From positions 27,780 through 91,779 of the forward strand of contig JBDTWH010000166.1 in assembly GCA_040006795.1 (NCBI GenBank): a stretch of 64,000 bases of DNA, written 5' to 3'. Below, in pieces: positions 62,270-64,000 of this stretch. The notes beneath the pieces were generated by a model. That model did not search any database, was not told where the DNA came from, and worked only from the letters and a program-made list of their open reading frames with translations. Made by a program: the position numbers and the translations under genes. The stretch's first letter is position 1. Each line of letters opens with the position of its first letter. This DNA comes from Actinomycetota bacterium. GTDB taxonomy: Bacteria; Actinomycetota; Actinomycetes; Actinomycetales; Dermatophilaceae.

Positions 62270-64000
62270 ATGACAGACACGGGCGTTCGCCCTGATGCCT
62301 ACCCAACGTGGTGGGAAGCCGACGTCGTCCTCCGGGACGGCGGCGTGGCCCATGTGCGTCCGATCGTGCCGAACGACGCCGACCGGGTCCGCCGCTTCCA
62401 CGCGGGACAGTCGGCCGAGTCCATCTACCTGCGCTTCTTCGCTCCCCTGAAGACCCTGAGCGACAAAGATGTAACCCGGTTCACGCAGGTCGACTATGAC
62501 TGGCGTGTGGCCCTGGTGGCCACGGTGGGCGGGGAGATCATCGGAATCGCACGCTTCGACAGGCTCGACCAGACGACCGCCGAGGTCGCTTTCCACATCT
62601 CCGACGCCCATCAGGGCAGGGGGGTGGGGTCGGTGTTGCTCGAGCATCTGGCCGCGATCGGCCAGGAGCGCGGGGTGACCAAGTTCGTGGCCGACGTGCT
62701 GCCACAGAATCGCAAGATGATCCAGGTCTTCACCGAGGCCGGGTATGAGGTCAACTACCACTTCGATGACGGCGTGATAGCCGTCGCTTTCACGATCGAG
62801 CCGACCGAGCAGTCCCAGGCGGTCCGGATGGCCCGTGAGCACCGTGCTGAAGCCCTGAGCGTGCGTTCGGCGCTCTTCCCCGAGTCGATCGCCGTGATCG
62901 GTGCCAGCCGCCGGGTCGACTCGATCGGCCATCAGCTGTTGACCAACATTCGCGCCGGTGGTTACCGGGGCAGGGTTCATGCCGTCAACATCCAGGCGCG
63001 TCACGTACAGGGGCTGGAGGCGCACTCCCGGGTCAGCGAGATCCCTGACCACATTGACCTCGCTGTCGTCGCGGTCCCGGCGGACTCCGTGCAGCTGGTG
63101 GTTCAGGACTGTGCCACGGCAGGTGTCAAGACCCTGCTCGTGGTCTCCGCGGGTTTCGCCGAGTCCGGACCGGCAGGGGAGAAGCGTCAGCATGAGCTGT
63201 TGCGGATGGCGCGCAGCAGTGGCATGCGGGTCATCGGTCCCAACTCTTTCGGCGTGATCAACTCCGACCCCGACGTCCGGCTGAACGCCACGCTGGCGCC
63301 TGAGCTGCCACCTGCCGGGACCCTGGGGCTGGTTGCCCAGAGCGGAGCACTGGGTATCGCGGTCCTGGCCCTGGCTGCCCGGCGCAACCTCGGTATCTCG
63401 GTCTTCGCCTCGGCCGGGAACCGTGTCGACGTCTCCGGCAACGACTTCATGCAGTACTGGATCGATGATGACGACACCCACGCTGTGGGCCTGTACCTGG
63501 AGTCGGTGGGCAACCCGCGCAAGTTCTCGAGGATCGCGAGGCAGCTCGCCCTGCGAAAGCCCGTGATCGTGGTCAAGTCGGGGATCAGCTCGTATGGCGT
63601 TCCGCCTGGTCACCGGGTGCGTCCCAGCAAGGTGCCGCCGGCCGCTTTCGACGCGATGCTGCGGCAGGCCGGGGTGATCCGCGTGGAGAACGTCCACCAG
63701 CTCTTCGACGTGGCACAGCTCGTCGTCCACCAGCCACTGCCACAAGGCGCCCGGGTCGCCATCGTGGGCAACTCGGATGCGCTCGGTGCCCTCACCGCCC
63801 AGGCGTGCGTCAGCTGGGGGCTCGAGGTCACCCATGGTCCGGTCTCGTTGCCGGCAGAGGCCAACGCCTCGGATTTCTCCAAGGTTCTCGACGCGGCCTT
63901 TGCAGATGATCGCGTCGACAGTGTCCTGACCTGCTTCATCCCCCCCTTGGTCACCAGCGGCGAGGCCGTCGCCCGTGCGGTGGTCGAGTCTGCCGGCAAG
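62270..64000 (+). CDS. pat: Pat-type protein lysine acetyltransferase: N-terminal GNAT fused to an NDP-forming acyl-CoA-synthetase-like domain (3' end beyond window)
   Basis: Absent from the ORF track because there is no stop in the window. From ATG 62270: MTDTGVRPDAYPTWWEADVVLRDGGVAHVRPI...HQGRGVGSVLLEHL (GNAT motif A). Then FPESIAVIGASRR...VVSAGFAE...RVIGPNSFG (CoA-binding / succinyl-CoA-synthetase-like). Confidence 0.85.
   Translation, partial: MTDTGVRPDAYPTWWEADVVLRDGGVAHVRPIVPNDADRVRRFHAGQSAESIYLRFFAPLKTLSDKDVTRFTQVDYDWRVALVATVGGEIIGIARFDRLDQTTAEVAFHISDAHQGRGVGSVLLEHLAAIGQERGVTKFVADVLPQNRKMIQVFTEAGYEVNYHFDDGVIAVAFTIEPTEQSQAVRMAREHRAEALSVRSALFPESIAVIGASRRVDSIGHQLLTNIRAGGYRGRVHAVNIQARHVQGLEAHSRVSEIPDHIDLAVVAVPADSVQLVVQDCATAGVKTLLVVSAGFAESGPAGEKRQHELLRMARSSGMRVIGPNSFGVINSDPDVRLNATLAPELPPAGTLGLVAQSGALGIAVLALAARRNLGISVFASAGNRVDVSGNDFMQYWIDDDDTHAVGLYLESVGNPRKFSRIARQLALRKPVIVVKSGISSYGVPPGHRVRPSKVPPAAFDAMLRQAGVIRVENVHQLFDVAQLVVHQPLPQGARVAIVGNSDALGALTAQACVSWGLEVTHGPVSLPAEANASDFSKVLDAAFADDRVDSVLTCFIPPLVTSGEAVARAVVESAGK

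Noticed and set aside
1-64000. Mobile genetic elements, prophage, integrases, toxin-antitoxin pairs, restriction-modification systems, or tRNA/rRNA/tmRNA genes.
   Set aside because: No transposase, integrase or recombinase-like translation appeared in any frame of the ORF track. I recognised no terminal inverted repeats flanking a gene set and no cloverleaf-like sequence in the intergenic regions I read. Apart from short AT-rich promoters, the composition looks uniform. My reading of the intergenic regions was by eye and is not exhaustive.

Overview
High-GC Actinomycetota chromosomal segment, densely coding on both strands. I saw no rRNA, tRNA, CRISPR array, transposase or integrase. All family names come from reading the translations and from memory; no database search was run.

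Gene order follows the conserved actinobacterial block that I recall from M. tuberculosis Rv2169c-Rv2194 and S. coelicolor around SCO2093-SCO2151:
- qcrC-ctaE, trpD, a DnaQ/GIY-YIG nuclease, SRPBCC-ArsA-glk, plsC, pfk, class II DAHP synthase
- a PASTA Ser/Thr kinase with an Rv2175c-like protein, a polyprenyl synthase, metF and a DUF3040-like gene

Metabolic or accessory modules are interleaved with this block:
- glpK with a DUF1028-like gene and an ABC exporter
- a malic enzyme
- a crtE-crtI-crtB plus crtYc/Yd carotenoid cluster
- a ParE/ParC-like type IIA topoisomerase pair
- a complete fruR-fruK-fruA-ptsH-ptsI PTS operon
- an acyl-CoA synthetase facing a GNAT/NDP-forming Pat-type acetyltransferase

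The most interesting locus is 37.9-45.3 kb. A near-consensus LexA box is stacked behind a PafBC-type (RecA-independent) damage-promoter motif. Together they precede a tightly coupled operon: a DUF6504-like small protein, a HEPN-like protein that keeps an Rx4H motif, and a 1386-aa DnaE2-type polymerase. No imuA'/imuB lies next to this cassette. A methyltransferase and DinB follow downstream.

The same TGTCRG-N10-TAnnnT damage-promoter pattern recurs at three other places: upstream of the DnaQ/GIY-YIG nuclease (giving a leaderless geometry), upstream of a divergent Cys-rich small ORF, and upstream of parE.

The window is also unusually rich in perfect short tandem duplications with 12, 15, 17, 19, 21 and 24-bp units. 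Some are in frame inside genes, including three tracts in the polymerase. Others are intergenic, and two of those duplicate gene 3' ends.
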